From Macrostomum lignano (lineage: Eukaryota), in assembly GCA_002269645.1 (NCBI GenBank), contig NIVC01003128.1:1-48950 (forward strand): a DNA stretch of 48,950 bases, read 5' to 3'. A model generated the notes under the pieces. That model searched no databases, was not told the origin of the DNA, and saw only the letters and a list, made by a program, of their open reading frames with translations. The translations under genes were made by a program, and so were the position numbers. The number at the start of each line of letters is the position of its first letter. The stretch's first letter is position 1. Positions 1 to 12,600 of this stretch are shown piece by piece.

Positions 1-775
1 CAGTTGCTGGCCAGCCTCCCAGATCCTCAGTTGCTGGGCCAGCCCCCAGATCCTCAGTTGCTGGGCCAGCCTCCCAGATCCTCAGTTGCTGGGCCAGCCT
101 CCCAGATCCTCAGTTGCTGGGCCAGCCCCCCAGATCCTCAGTTGCTGGGCCAGCCTCCCAGATCCCAAGTTGCTGGGCCAGACTCCCAGATCCTCAGTTG
201 CTGGGCCAGCCTCCCAGATCCTCAGTTGCTGGGCCAGCCCCCAGATCCTCAGTTACTGGGCCAGCCTCCCAGATCCTCAGTTACTGGGCCAGCCCCCCAG
301 ATCCTCAGTTGCTGGGCCAGCCTCCCAGATCCCAAGTTGCTGGGCCAGCCTCCCAGATCCTCAGTTGCTGGGCCAGCCTCCCAGATCCTCAGTTGCTGGG
401 CCAGCCTCCAGATCCTCAGTTGCTGGGCCAGCCTCCCAGATCCTCAGTTACTGGGCCAGCCTCCCAGATCCTCAGTTACTGGGCCAGCCTCCCAGATCCT
501 CAGTTGCTGGGCCAGCCCCCCAGATCCTCAGTTACTGGGCCAGCCTCCCAGATCCTCAGTTACTGGGTCAGCCTCCCAGATCCTGTTACTGGGTCAGCCT
601 CCCAGATCCTCAGTTGCTAGGCCAGGCCTCCCAGATTCCCAGTTACTGGGCCAGCCTCCCAGATCCTCAGTTACTGGGTCAGCCTCCCAGATCCTGTTAC
701 TGGGTCAGCCTCCCAGATCCTCAGTTGCTAGGCCAGGCCTCCCAGATTCCCAGTTGCTGGGCCAGCGTCCTAGAT
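1..775. repeat. Tandem minisatellite, ~28-bp unit CAGTTGCTGGGCCAGCCTCCCAGATCCT
   Basis: Unit read directly, many near-identical copies; runs off the left edge. Confidence 0.97.
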
Positions 776-958
776 CCTTCGGTTGCTTTGTCTAAAAATG
801 TGGTGCAGATCTTTGTAATGTACATGTATTATTTAGAAAGCCAAAGTTCTTCAAGTATCTGAAGTGTGTCCTTAATTTTTTAGTTGACAGTTACGAGTTT
901 AAACCATTGTTTAGTTTTGTAGCAGCTATATTGCAAGTAGCATATCGATAATGAATAG

Positions 959-1140
959 CTAACATGTTCTAACGACCAAGGCACGATAATTAGGGAGCGC
1001 TAATGCGAGTATTTGTAACTCAATGCTCTGTAATGTCAAGCATTTGAGCAGCTTGCGGGTGGGTACTCGTATGAACGAATGACGTGTGAACTCATTTTGC
1101 TCCGCAATTCGCCATTCAGCTTTCCTGAAATTCTGAGTTC
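959..1140 (-). CDS. Possible terminal coding exon of the ASB-like gene (speculative)
   Basis: Minus-strand acceptor CTAACGCATGTTAG| at 1141 is phase 1, matching a phase-1 donor CCAG|GTGTGT at 2257/2256; open to TAG at 959; no recognisable homology. Confidence 0.3.
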
Positions 1141-1159
1141 CTAACATGCGTTAGGTACA

Positions 1160-1775
1160 TGACACCCCAGTCCACTGCATCTGACATCTGACACCCCAGT
1201 CCACTGCATCTGACATCTGACACCCCAGTCCACTGCATCTGACATCTGACACCCCAGTCCACTGCATCTGACATCTGACACGCCAGTCCACTGCATCTGA
1301 CATCTGACACGCCAGTCCACTGCATCTGATATCTGACACCCCAGTCCACTGCATCTGACATCTGACACGCCAGTCCACTGCATCTGACATCTGACACGCC
1401 AGTCCACTGCATCTGATATCTGACACCCCAGTCCACTGCATCTGACATCTGACACGCCAGTCCACTGCATCTGACATCTGACACCCCAGTCCACTGCATC
1501 TGACATCTGACACCCCAGTCCACTGCATCTGACATCTGACACCCCAGTCCACTGCATCTGACATCTGACACGCCAGTCCACTGCATCTGATATCTGACAC
1601 CCCAGTCCACTGCATCTGACATCTGACACGCCAGTCCACTGCATCTGACATCTGACACCCCAGTCCACTGCATCTGACATCTGACACCCCAGTCCACTGC
1701 ATCTGACATCTGACACCCCAGTCCACTGCATCTGACATCTGACACCCCAGTCCACTGCATCTGACATCTGACACC
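1160..1775. repeat. Tandem minisatellite, 29-bp unit GACACCCCAGTCCACTGCATCTGACATCT
   Basis: About 21 copies read directly. Confidence 0.97.
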
Positions 1776-2170
1776 TGTCTTATAATTTTTTAGCTGACAT
1801 TTCTACCTTATTGGAACATCCAACTTACTTTGACTTTAGCCATCGCATCGGTTTTGTATTTGGTTCGGGTATGCACAGGACAGAAAAAATAGATGTGTAC
1901 TTTATAAATCGGGAGAAAAGTTAGCTAACTTTCATGGCCAAAAAGCAGACAAAAACAGCGCATTACATTGATGACACAGTCTGTGTGACACAAGCCGAAA
2001 ATTATGAATAATTAAAATGTTTTATGACCATCAGAGACTTCATGTCTTTGTGAAAATACGTGTAACGCGTGGCCTTAAAATTAACAGTTACACTGTAGTT
2101 ATTCGCAGGGTTGTTACAAAGCAAAATGATTTAAAGACACGGTTGCTGGGTTAATTCGATGAGCCTAATG

Positions 2171-3775
2171 TTAGATTGGCGAAAATGATGCAGACAGAGA
2201 CTCAGATGTGCAGACAGACGAACAATACAGAGATGAACAGACAAGCAAAAACACACCTGGGCCGGACAGACAAAACGACATTGCGAAAAAATTCGCTTTA
2301 CGCTCAAATGGTTCGTCAGGCCGAGGACAAGCCGGTACAGTTTTATTGCCTCGTTTCTGGCACTCCGCCATTGTCAGCGCAGTGATCTTTATTGTCATCG
2401 CCGTTGGCGTCGCTTTGACCTTCGCGCAGTCGTCGAACGGATTCACTCCTTTGGCCAGCATCAGCAGGGTGGACGGGATTCGGTGCAGCATCCGCAGGCA
2501 GTCGGTGTCCAAGTAGGAGATGAAGGCGCCCACCTCGGCCGGACAGTCGGGCAGGCGGCGAACCCGCGTCAGGAAGTTGGCGCCGCCAATTCGACGCCGG
2601 ACGGCGTTCCTGGCCAGCAGGCACAGCGACATCGGCTGCTTATCGGCCGACATTTCCTTGCAGGCGGCCGTCAGCTGGCCCAGGTTGGCTCTGAACTGCT
2701 GCCGGCGCTCCCAGTAGCGCTTGGCGTACAGCCTGCGCAGCGATTGGTTCTCCAGACTGTCGCGAATCTCGTCGCAAGTCGGATGCAGCGGGCGCAGGCT
2801 GAGCAGGTTGATGAGCAGCAGGGCGGCCTCGCGGATAATTGGCGGCAGTTCGAGGTCGGCAAACGAGTCGAGACGCGGATGGCACAGCAGGCAGATCAGA
2901 GTTCCGAGCAGACTGTGCGAAGACGACAAGAATTCGAGGCATTCGAACTGGGAGAAACCGGATCGAGTCAGGGCTTGAACCGTGTACAACTCGGCGCAGC
3001 TGTTCCTAAGCTCCGGCAGATCCGGCACAGTGTTGTTCGGGTTCGTGTACCGGGTGAGATACCGGTTGAGGGAGAAGCCGAGCGAGTTGAACAGCATGAT
3101 GGAGTCGATGCGGTGAACGTCGAGTCCGCGGAGCAGCAGCTGCGGCAGCTGCTGGAAGAAGTGGTGAAACGAAGACGGCGCGGAGCAGCTGGCACGCGGC
3201 GCTGTTGCGCTCTGCGCCTCCTCGTCCAAGAACTCGTAGATGGAGCCGAAGTAATAGTCGAGCGCAGACTGATAGGTGTACCGGCCTCTTGTCCAGAACT
3301 TCTTGTAGGGCACAATCGGGGCGCGATTGCTGGACGAGTTCGGGAAGCACCAGCGCCGGCAGTTGGTTGGTCGGTTGGGATCGAAGCCGTAGCGGGCCAG
3401 CACTGGCAGCATCTGCCACTGCTCATTGTCCACCGCCCACACCACCGGCGAGCACTCCTGGTGGAAGTGCAGAAACGGATCCTGATTCCGATTGGTCCAA
3501 GTGACGAAATCCGGACTTAGATGACGACGTTTCACAGTTAACCTGACCTGCGCTGGCGGTACTGGCAGTTTCTGCAGAATCCGCTCTAAGCCGCTCGTGT
3601 TGCCGCACTGGATGCACTGGGCGAGACTGTCGGCCACTGATTCGGCCAGGTCCCAGCTGTGCGTGAAGCAGCCAAGTAGCCGCGACAGCGGTCTGGATTG
3701 TTGCGACAACCTGCCGTTGGCATCGAGACTTGAAGAGGCCAGCAAGCGATGCTCCTGTTCGGGTCGGTGTGACAT
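2171..3775 (-). CDS. Ankyrin-like repeat and SOCS-box protein (ASB-like Cul5/ElonginBC substrate adaptor)
   Basis: Long ORF with first ATG at 3775 (MSHRPEQ...); ankyrin-like segment SPVVWAVDNEQWQMLPVLARYGFDPN; SOCS box PMSLCLLARNAVRRRIGGANFLTRVRRLPDCPAEVGAFISY. The 3' end may splice at 2257 and the 5' end may have further exons. Confidence 0.8.
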   Translation of the reverse strand: MSHRPEQEHRLLASSSLDANGRLSQQSRPLSRLLGCFTHSWDLAESVADSLAQCIQCGNTSGLERILQKLPVPPAQVRLTVKRRHLSPDFVTWTNRNQDPFLHFHQECSPVVWAVDNEQWQMLPVLARYGFDPNRPTNCRRWCFPNSSSNRAPIVPYKKFWTRGRYTYQSALDYYFGSIYEFLDEEAQSATAPRASCSAPSSFHHFFQQLPQLLLRGLDVHRIDSIMLFNSLGFSLNRYLTRYTNPNNTVPDLPELRNSCAELYTVQALTRSGFSQFECLEFLSSSHSLLGTLICLLCHPRLDSFADLELPPIIREAALLLINLLSLRPLHPTCDEIRDSLENQSLRRLYAKRYWERRQQFRANLGQLTAACKEMSADKQPMSLCLLARNAVRRRIGGANFLTRVRRLPDCPAEVGAFISYLDTDCLRMLHRIPSTLLMLAKGVNPFDDCAKVKATPTAMTIKITALTMAECQKRGNKTVPACPRPDEPFERKANFFAMSFCLSGPGVFLLVCSSLYCSSVCTSESLSASFSPI

Positions 3776-5629
3776 GCTTTGTTGGGCCTTGTAGTTCGGC
3801 TCCAACAAAGGCTTACTAGCTAAATAGTTGCTAGATTGTGCTTTAATTTTAAAGGCAGTCCGTCGTTGATCACGATTGCTAGAGAAGCTGCGCGTGCGAC
3901 TAAGCGCTGAGCGACATTTAAAGACAAAATCTGCGAGCCATCGCACGCTAGAAACCTGTGCAAGCCAATAGGCTGAGCGAATGGCGAGAGGGACAGAAAG
4001 GGAGAGGAGGAGTGAGACAGAGTAGAGCCATGACTGCTTCGTGGGAAGGACAGTAGGAAGAGGAGAATGTCAGCTAGTAACGTCCTAGTGTTCCCCTTTC
4101 TCTTTCTTGCTCGCCATCTCCTGGCAACTGGCTCGCTCAGGCCGATCTCCTCTAGTATTTGAGCAGCAACAGCAGCAGCACTGTATACTGTAGGTGCGCG
4201 CAGAGCGAGAGCCGATGGGAAGCCCCGTCCTCTCGCCTGCTGCAGGCTCGCTCGTCTATGTGAACGAGCTGCTTGACGGCTGATGGACAGAAAGAAGGGA
4301 GGTTGAGAAAGAAGAGCGTGCGCACAAGGCTGGCTGTTGCTTCTAAATAGGGAGTCTGGAGAGTCGCCCCTAAAATGCAGTCGCAGCCCAGCCTACGCCG
4401 CTCTCTAGCTGCCTCGCGATCTAAGAGTTCGCCGTGCTCGCTGACGATCTGAGACGGCTGGAGTATTTCGGGATAGAGAACCGTGGGACAGTTTGGTAAA
4501 CGACAGAAGCTGGCTGTCGAAAATTTCTTTGATGAATGCCCAGAAGAGGACGTAATTAGTAAGCAGTATTCCACACAGGCGCGGACAAAAGAATCGTACA
4601 GCTGGTTTTCCCCATCCGAAGCTGATCAGGGTTGTCGGGATTTAGCTGTGACGCTCGTGTCTGCTGTTAATAGAGGTCGTTCTTTTAATTTAAGTTCTAT
4701 TGTACTTTTAAAGCATCTCAAGCGTAATCCTTTTTATAAAAATAGTACAGCCAGATTGCCTTATGACTGAAAAATAACTGAGTTATTTTTTCCTTTCACT
4801 TTCTGTGTACACCAAAATATTACTTTAATAAGTCAGTATATGCTTTTGTTGTATGGTTGTATGCATATACATGTATGATTGATTAATTATTAGCTTCAAT
4901 ACAGCGTTTGCGCAATATTTTTGTTTTGAGAAGGTTGAGTACTTTTTCAAGTGCTTTAGCTCGGAATTATTTTAAAATGTCAAGAGTCAAAAAGATTTTA
5001 TGGCAAATTTTATTTAATTCAAACTTGTAGAAGAGCAATTTGGCTTCTGCTGCGAGGAAAGTCGAGGACTTTTAACAGAAGCCATGGGACATGATCAGGT
5101 AGCTAGTATAGCTTTCTCTTTTCCTGAACGCGAGTGACTTAAAAACCCACACGAAAAATGTAGCTTGAATTTCTCCCTTGGACTGTGGTAACATTTTTGA
5201 TTAAAGCCATAAAATTCTCAGCAAAAGGCTGAAAAAGACGTTGAGAGTTGTGTCCTACGCACGTAAAGTTGACTGGCTTCATAAATTTCATGTACATGTA
5301 TTAAATAATTGATTCGAGAAACGAAAAAAAACGAAATTTCGTTTCTTTTTTCCAATTTTTTCTAACCCTGTATGTTTATAGATGATTGTGAGATGAATCA
5401 AAATGCGGCCATGATCGCGAGAGTGATATGTGTCATGTGCGCCACAAAACCCCACCTACTACAAAAGCCCTAAAAATCGACAGCGTTTTTCATTGTTTGT
5501 GCCATGTGCGCAAGCAAAATTTTGAGAATACAAGCTTAATTATTTAAAATCAATACTAATAAATAGCAAGGGCTGTCTTAGCTGAATACTCATGCATGTT
5601 AGGAACTTATTGACCTATATATTTTCGCG

Positions 5630-5971
5630 AGACAACCGAGTCCCTGTACAAACGCACAGGCCTGACGCGGCCTTCTGCCCTGCTGAGTCAGCGGCGCCTG
5701 CGGCTTGCCGGACATGTCATCCGGGCCGAAGCCTACTGCCCAGAGCCGCTGCAGGACGTCCTGATGTGGACCCCGCAGGGACCGCGCAGACGTGGTCAGG
5801 GGCGGTCAGCCCGCTACGTCGACCGCCTTTTTGAAGATGCGCGAGCACCCAGCCAGACGGCCGGTGTGAAGCACATTAGAGACCTGGCTCTGAAACGCGC
5901 GATTTGACGCTCCCCCTTCTTGGCCACTCCCGTGGCTGGCGTGGGGCGTAACTATAATAATAATAATAATA
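5630..5971 (+). mobile_element. 5'-truncated RTE-clade non-LTR retrotransposon (LINE) 3' end
   Basis: Open frame 5632-5907 ...SLYKRTGLTRPSALLSQRRLRLAGHVIR...RRRGQGRSARYVDRL...* resembles the RTE C-terminus; (TAA)n tail; 9-bp target-site duplication ATTTTCGCG at 5621-5629 and 5972-5980. Confidence 0.85.
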
Positions 5972-6505
5972 ATTTTCGCGCAATGAATAACAAAAGGTAC
6001 TTAATTTAATAAGTTTTGCTACTAAGAATATGTGTGCTGCTTCTAGTAGGAATTTTCATATTTATTAAAAGCACTTGATAGATATGAATTGTTACTTATT
6101 AGCTTTATGAATGAACTTTTTTACGAAATTTAATATTGTTAATCAGCCGGCAATTTTTTTTTAGTCCGTGCGTTTTTTGCGCTGAGTACATGAATGCATT
6201 AACTCTATCGCATTTTAAAACCTTGCTGTACTTTTATATTGCTGGCAGCTGACAGAAAAGTGTAACAAATGTCAAAATTAGTGGATGGCTTTTTAAATAG
6301 CTTTACTAACTGACTAACTAACCGACCCTAATATTATTTCAGACAGTTTAAAATCGTCATCGATTTAAACTCTATAGGGTAGTTTAAACTGGACTGGACC
6401 GACCCTCTTCATTCATTGTTGCTGTCTAACCCTGATAAATTTGTCTGTTATAGTTGACTTATACAATCAACTGGACCGTCGTATCGGCCTAGACCTACCA
6501 CTTCA

Positions 6506-6638
6506 ATGAGTTCAGATGATATCAGATTTGTCATTGACAAATTTTTCAAAGACCCAGAGCTAAAAGAATCTAAAGCTTTATTCAATGTTATTTTCAACGA
6601 GTTTGCAAGCTTAAATGAAGTTTTCAAACATAATAAAT
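6506..6638 (+). CDS. PRKDC: DNA-PKcs exon 1 (tentative start)
   Basis: [17 protein letters not shown]...KHNK, donor |GTAAGT phase 1 matching exon 2; weak homology. Confidence 0.6.
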
Positions 6639-9600
6639 GTAAGTCTACTATACTATATATTATATTATAATTGTATATGTCTATTATTAAGTCATAGTAA
6701 CTTAGCCTTGCCTAGTTATCACATAGACTATTTGTGCAATATATCATTGCTCAGGCCTAGTTTTGTCTATATTAGGCCCTAATGCTAGAAAATTTAGTAG
6801 GCCTATATGTAGATCATAAGCGTATATAATTTTCAAATTTTTATTAAGCTTAAAATTAATAGGCTAATAGATATTTTTCTTGCCTCAATTAAAGATCTTA
6901 GATCGGATAGGGACTCCTATATTACCATATTCCCATAGCCTTAGCTATAGCTGTAGTTTTGACAAAAATTCTCAGAAATAAAATACTTTGAATTGGAAAG
7001 ATATATCCCAGTACTTAAATGACTGCAAGGGTCTTTTGGACAGAAAAAATTTTTTTGCAAAACAAATAATCAAACTTGCAGTGTTAAACATAGGAGTTGT
7101 GTTACTAATATTGCAAGACATGTATAAAAGCAGAAGAGACACTAAGAAAGCATTTATTGGCCAAATTTGTTTATTTGCACTATAAAAAGTCAGGATTCTG
7201 AATTATATAACCTTAATCTAATGAAAAAAGTTTTTAATAAAAAAATATATATACAATACAATAATAGCAAACTAGTACCTAGTGAACTTTTTTCTATGGT
7301 AAAGTATAGTGTATTCGTTAATATGTTCACATTTCTAGTTAATTAGGTGAAAGATCAATAGAAATTTTTCATATTATTTAAAGTTAGAATTTGCTAGTCT
7401 TCTATTGTATTCTATTAGATATAATTTATAAGTTATAAATCTATGATAAAGTTTACTGAAGTATCTTTGTTTTACTCTACCTGTTTCTAAAAATTTTTCA
7501 TTTTTAAATTTATAACTATGGCTATAGGAATCTACAGAATGTGACAGCAACTACTATATTTCCGTAGTTGTAGCTGTAGCAGCAGCTATCTACCATAGGC
7601 ATATCCATAGTTGCCATAAGCAACTATTTTACCATGTTTGCCATAAGATCCCATAGTCATAACTGTAGCTATGGTGGAACACTAGTAAGGTTTAATATTG
7701 TCAATTTGTTCAATTTGTAGTTTAAGTTTCTTATGCTTATTTAGGAAGTTAAGATAATAGTTAAAATAATAATTATGCTTAATTGTATTCAACAATGACT
7801 CTATTAAGACTAGAGCAAAAATAGCAAAAGTATTGTCAATATAATGCTTATAAAACTGCGGGGCATTGTGGAGTTTCATCTATTCATTCTTAATGGCTGA
7901 TGGCTTTTGCTATTTTTGACAATAAAAAAGACCATAAGTTTCTTACTATTATCAACTCTACCTACCCAAACATCAAGTTCACCATTGAGGGTGGAGGGAA
8001 GAATCTCGCTTTTCTCGATATTGAGGTTGACTGCTTTGGACACTGTCTTCTTATGGAAGTTTACTATAAACCTAGTTACCTATGCTTAGTAGGCTGATGT
8101 TAAATTTCCATGCTTTATGTCCATCTCACTGGAAAGTTGGGTTAGTCTAGTGCCTCCTTTACAGAGCCTAATAGTTGAGTAATTATTGGAGTTTATTCCA
8201 CAAAGAGGTTTGTACCCTGACAAAAATCCTCAGATCCAGCAGTTACCCTCTCAGTTTTGTCAGCCATATTATCAATCCATTTGTCACCAAGAAAGTTTCC
8301 AACAATGTGGGATCCAAGCAACCAGAAATGGATTCCTGGGATACTCTGTTGGTTCTCCCATTTTTTGGTGACATTTTGCTTGAATTTAGAAAAAAAACTT
8401 AAAAAAATGTTTAGCAAATGGTTTAAATGCACCATTAGGATTGAAAAGATTGGTCACTATGCTAGCAGGCTCAAGTCAGCTGTTCCACTTGCTCTAAGGG
8501 TTGGTGTTGTGTACCAATTTCGCTGCTCTAAGGATCAGAGCATTTCTCTAGGGAACACTGGCTAAAAAGCTCTGCAATTAATAACCATCTGCTTGTTTGT
8601 AAAAAGATGTTGTGACAGTGAACCAATTCAGCTCTTTGAAGTGCTTGATGGGTGCAAATTTAACCATAAGCTTAAGATTATTGAAGCTTCGTATATCAGA
8701 ATGCACAAACCCAACTTGAATGTGCAGCTAGCTGGCAATGGGGTGGAGCGTGAGCTAAGAGAGCTGTGAGCAGTGCTGTGCCCATTTTCTCTCTCCCTTC
8801 GTTTCATACTTGGCTCTTTTGAAATCTACCTACTGTCTTGACCCACCTTTATACTGTACAGTTTGTTATTATTAAATATAATGGTGTATTGAATCAAGGT
8901 GAATTATTTTCCTATCAAATGCTGTAACTAATAGCTCCCATCTATATCTTCCTACAGACCTAGCGATTCTCTTTGATGAACCAGAAGGCCTGGTATATAG
9001 ACTTCAGTCCAAAGAAGTGGTAAGAATTTTGTTTATGCAGATAAATTCAACAAAAAATATTTGCTAATTCATTCTTTTAATACAAGAATAGCTTTTCATC
9101 TTGTAATTTATAGTCTGAAGATGCCAAAAAAGATGGATTGGATTTTCTTACAAAACTTATTGCCCAGTCGCCTGCACTCTTGGCTACATCGCTGCCTAAA
9201 GTCAAGGTAGGGTTATGGGGTTGCCTAACTGGTTGTATTGCAGCAGTCAGTGAAGGACATAGGGGAGGGTAGCAGCAGTCAGTGAAGGACACAGGGGAGG
9301 GTAGCAGCAGTCAGTGAAGGACACAGGGGAGGGTAGCAGCAGTCAGTGAAGGACACAGGGGAGGGTAGCAGCAGTCAGTGAAGGACACAGGGGAGGGTAG
9401 CAGCAGTCAGTGAAGGACACAAGGGAGGGTAGCAGCAGTCAGTGAAGGACACAGGGGAGGGTAGCAGCAGTCAGTGAAGGACACAAGGGAGGGTAGCAGC
9501 AGTCAGTGAAGGACACAGGGGAGGGTAGCAGCAGTCAGTGAAGGACACAAGGGAGGGTAGCAGCAGTCAGTGAAGGACACAGGGGAGGGTAGCAGCAGTC

Positions 9601-12600
9601 AGTGAAGGACACAAGGGAGGGTAGCAGCAGTCAGTAAAGGACACAGGGGAGGGTAGCAGCAGTCAGTGAAGGACACAGGGGAGGGTAGCAGCAGTCAGTG
9701 AAGGACACAAGGGAGGGTAGCAGCAGTCAGTGAAGGACACAGGGGAGGGTAGCAGCAGTCAGTGAAGGACGCATTCTCAACCCCAACTGCAGTGCTTGGC
9801 AGAGTCGCTGCTATTCTTGAGTATCAGCAGCGCAAAAGTTCGCATCGCCTCTTTGAACTGCCTGTCGATTTGTTTCAAGCACGCAGTCGGCTCCTCGGTG
9901 GACGGCAATCAGTTGAATGTTGGACAGCTCTGCGAGAGACTGCGCCTGGAAGTTGGCCAGCGGCAGACTAGCGAAGGCGGTGGGTACCGGTTTGAAAGTA
10001 GTTTGACTCAGTTCTGTTTTTTATATTATCTGGAGTGTTTTGCAGACAGTGTGCTGAGGGCACTGGCGGACTTCTGGGAGAGTGTGTCTGAAGGGACTGG
10101 TTCACTTCAGGGAGAGTGTGTCTGAAGGGACTGGTTCACTTCAGGGAGAGTGTGTCTGAAGGGACTGGTTCACTTCAGGGAGAGTCATCTGATCAAATTC
10201 TGACTGATCAACTTTAGGGTGTTATATAAGAATTTGAAAATAAATTGTAGTGCTTCTTTATAAGTAAAGTTGACCTCAAATAAATTTCAGTGACGCAAGG
10301 CCTTTACCGCGCACTGGGCAGCATCTGCAAGTACTATCCCGAAGAATTCCAACCGGTTGCTGTAAAAATATCCGCCAACGTTGTAAAATCCTTGGTTCAA
10401 AAAGTAATATTTCTTTTTTAAAACAATTCGATTAGTTTTTGTTCGTTTTGCTACTTATAGTAGCTAAATTAGTGGTTTACTATAATATTGTATTTCCAGA
10501 TTAAATCGGACCATACTAAAGTACAATTTGCCGTGATTGCCAGCCTGTTCGAGTTTCTGTCCAATTATTTTTGCCACTTTTCGTTGGAAGGTTTGTTGTT
10601 TAATTTGATTTGTTTTTCTGCATTAAGCATCAATTTTATGTTGTGTCTTCAACCTTTTTAGAGCCGGACCTGAAGCAGGTCTATCACCTGGCAGTGAAGG
10701 TGATTGCAGGCAAGAATTATCAGCGATACGAGGCGCCAAAACAGGCATTGCTGCTGTTTGCCAACCACTGCTCTGTGTTTTCTGCATTCCTGGCTGCTAA
10801 CTATGAGGTTTGACTAGGGGAATTCTTGGTTTAAGATTAGGGGAATTCTAGGTTTATGCTTAAGGGCATTATAGATCTATGACTAGGGGAATTCTAGGTT
10901 TATGCTTAAGGGCATTATAGATTTATGACTAGGGGAATTCTAGGTTTATGCTTAAGGGCATTATAGATTTATGACTAGGGGAATTCTAGGTTTATGCTTA
11001 AGGGCATTAAAGATTTTTGATTAGGGGAATTCTTGGTTTAAGATTAGGGGAATTCTAGGTTTATGCTTAAGGGCATTATAGATTTATGACTAGGGGAATT
11101 CTAGGTTTATGCTTAAGGGCATTATAGATTTATGACTAGGGGAATTCTTGGTTTATGCTTAAGGGCATTATAGATTTATGACTAGGGGAATTCTAGGTTT
11201 GTAATTTAGGGAATTCTATAATAAGTTTATGATTAGGGGAATTCTAGGTTAAGGACTAGGGGAATTCTTGGTTTATGATTAGGGGAATTCTAGGTTAAGG
11301 ACTAGGGGAATTCTTGGTTTATGATTAGGGGAATTCTAGGTTAAGGACTAGGGGAATTCTTGGTTTATGATTAGGGGAATTCTAGGTTTATGCTTAAGGG
11401 CATTAAAGATTTTTGATTAGGGGAATTCTAGGTTTGTAATTTAGGGAATTCTATAATAAGTTTATGATTAGGGGAATTCTAGGTTAAGGACTAAGGGAAT
11501 TCTTGGTTTATGATTAGGGGAATTCTGGGTTTGTGATTAGGGAATTCCAGATTTATTATTGAAATTCTAGTTAGTTTATGACTAGCAATCAGTACCCTCC
11601 GTTGGAGACAACAAAGAATGTAGTAATTTTTTGAACAAACTTCACTTAGCCTCTGACCACTCAGCCTTGACATGTCAGCAAAATTCAAATAAGAGCCGCT
11701 CTATGAAACTGCCAGGTACTATTCGAGCAGTTCTTTCGCTGGAGCACGCACCACAATCGCGACCTGATGCACGTCGGCATGCTGGCATTCGATGCCTTCG
11801 TCAAATCCGTGTCCACCGCGGCGTTCTCGGCTGCCAGCGCCGAGTCGGCCACGCCAGCCCAGAAGAAGCTGTTCCTGTTCTTTCTGCAACAATTCCGCCA
11901 GATCCTGGACTCGGACGGCTACAGCTGGAAGACCGTGTCCGTGGCTGTTCGCGGGTTCGGTTATTTCGCCGAGGCCGCCAAGAAGCTGCTGGCGCCGCCA
12001 GACATGCGGCAGGTGTACGCCGATGTGGTTCAACGGGCCGAGGATCTGTTCACTGCGGAGAGCGACAGCTCGGATGAGCGACTGTCCAATCTGCCAAGCT
12101 TTGTTGAGTCTCTGTCGAATCTGGCGCTGCATCTGGACGAGCTCACTGGCGTGTTTCTGTCTCTGCTGGCCCGCCTGTCTGTCACAGTCTGTCACATGTA
12201 CCCGCGAGTGTCCGAGCGGATGGACCGCGTCGGCCTGCGGGCGGTGGCGCACGCGCTGCACCGGCTGCGGTCCAGGAGGCCGGGCCTGGCCAAGGCGTTT
12301 GCCGCTCAAGTTGGTGAGCAGTGTGGCTGTGTGTCTGTGTGTGTGTCTGCTGCCTGTGTGTCTGTATTTGTGTCTGCCTGTGTGTCTGTATTTGTGTCTG
12401 CCTGTGTGTCTGTATTTGTGTCTGCCTGTGTGTCTGTATTTGTGTCTGCCTGTGTGTCTGTGTTTGTGTCTGCCTGTGTGTCTGTGTTTGTGTCTGCCTG
12501 TGTGTCTGTATTTGTGTCTGCCTGTGTGTCTGTGTTTGTGTCTGCCTGTGTGTCTGTGTTTGTGTCTGCCTGTGTGTCTGTATTTGTGTCTGCCTGTGTG

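Noticed and set aside
4-1774. Long ORFs (PDPQLLGQP and MSDAVDWGVRC repeats) in several frames
   Set aside because: They are stop-free translations of 28- and 29-bp tandem arrays, open in multiple frames at once
2483-3520. 345-aa plus-strand ORF and other small ORFs overlapping the ASB-like gene
   Set aside because: Antisense shadow of a GC-rich coding sequence with no recognisable domain
4152-4770. 140-aa minus and 95-aa plus ORFs in the intergenic region
   Set aside because: No recognisable motif or convincing splice context; cannot be supported without a database search
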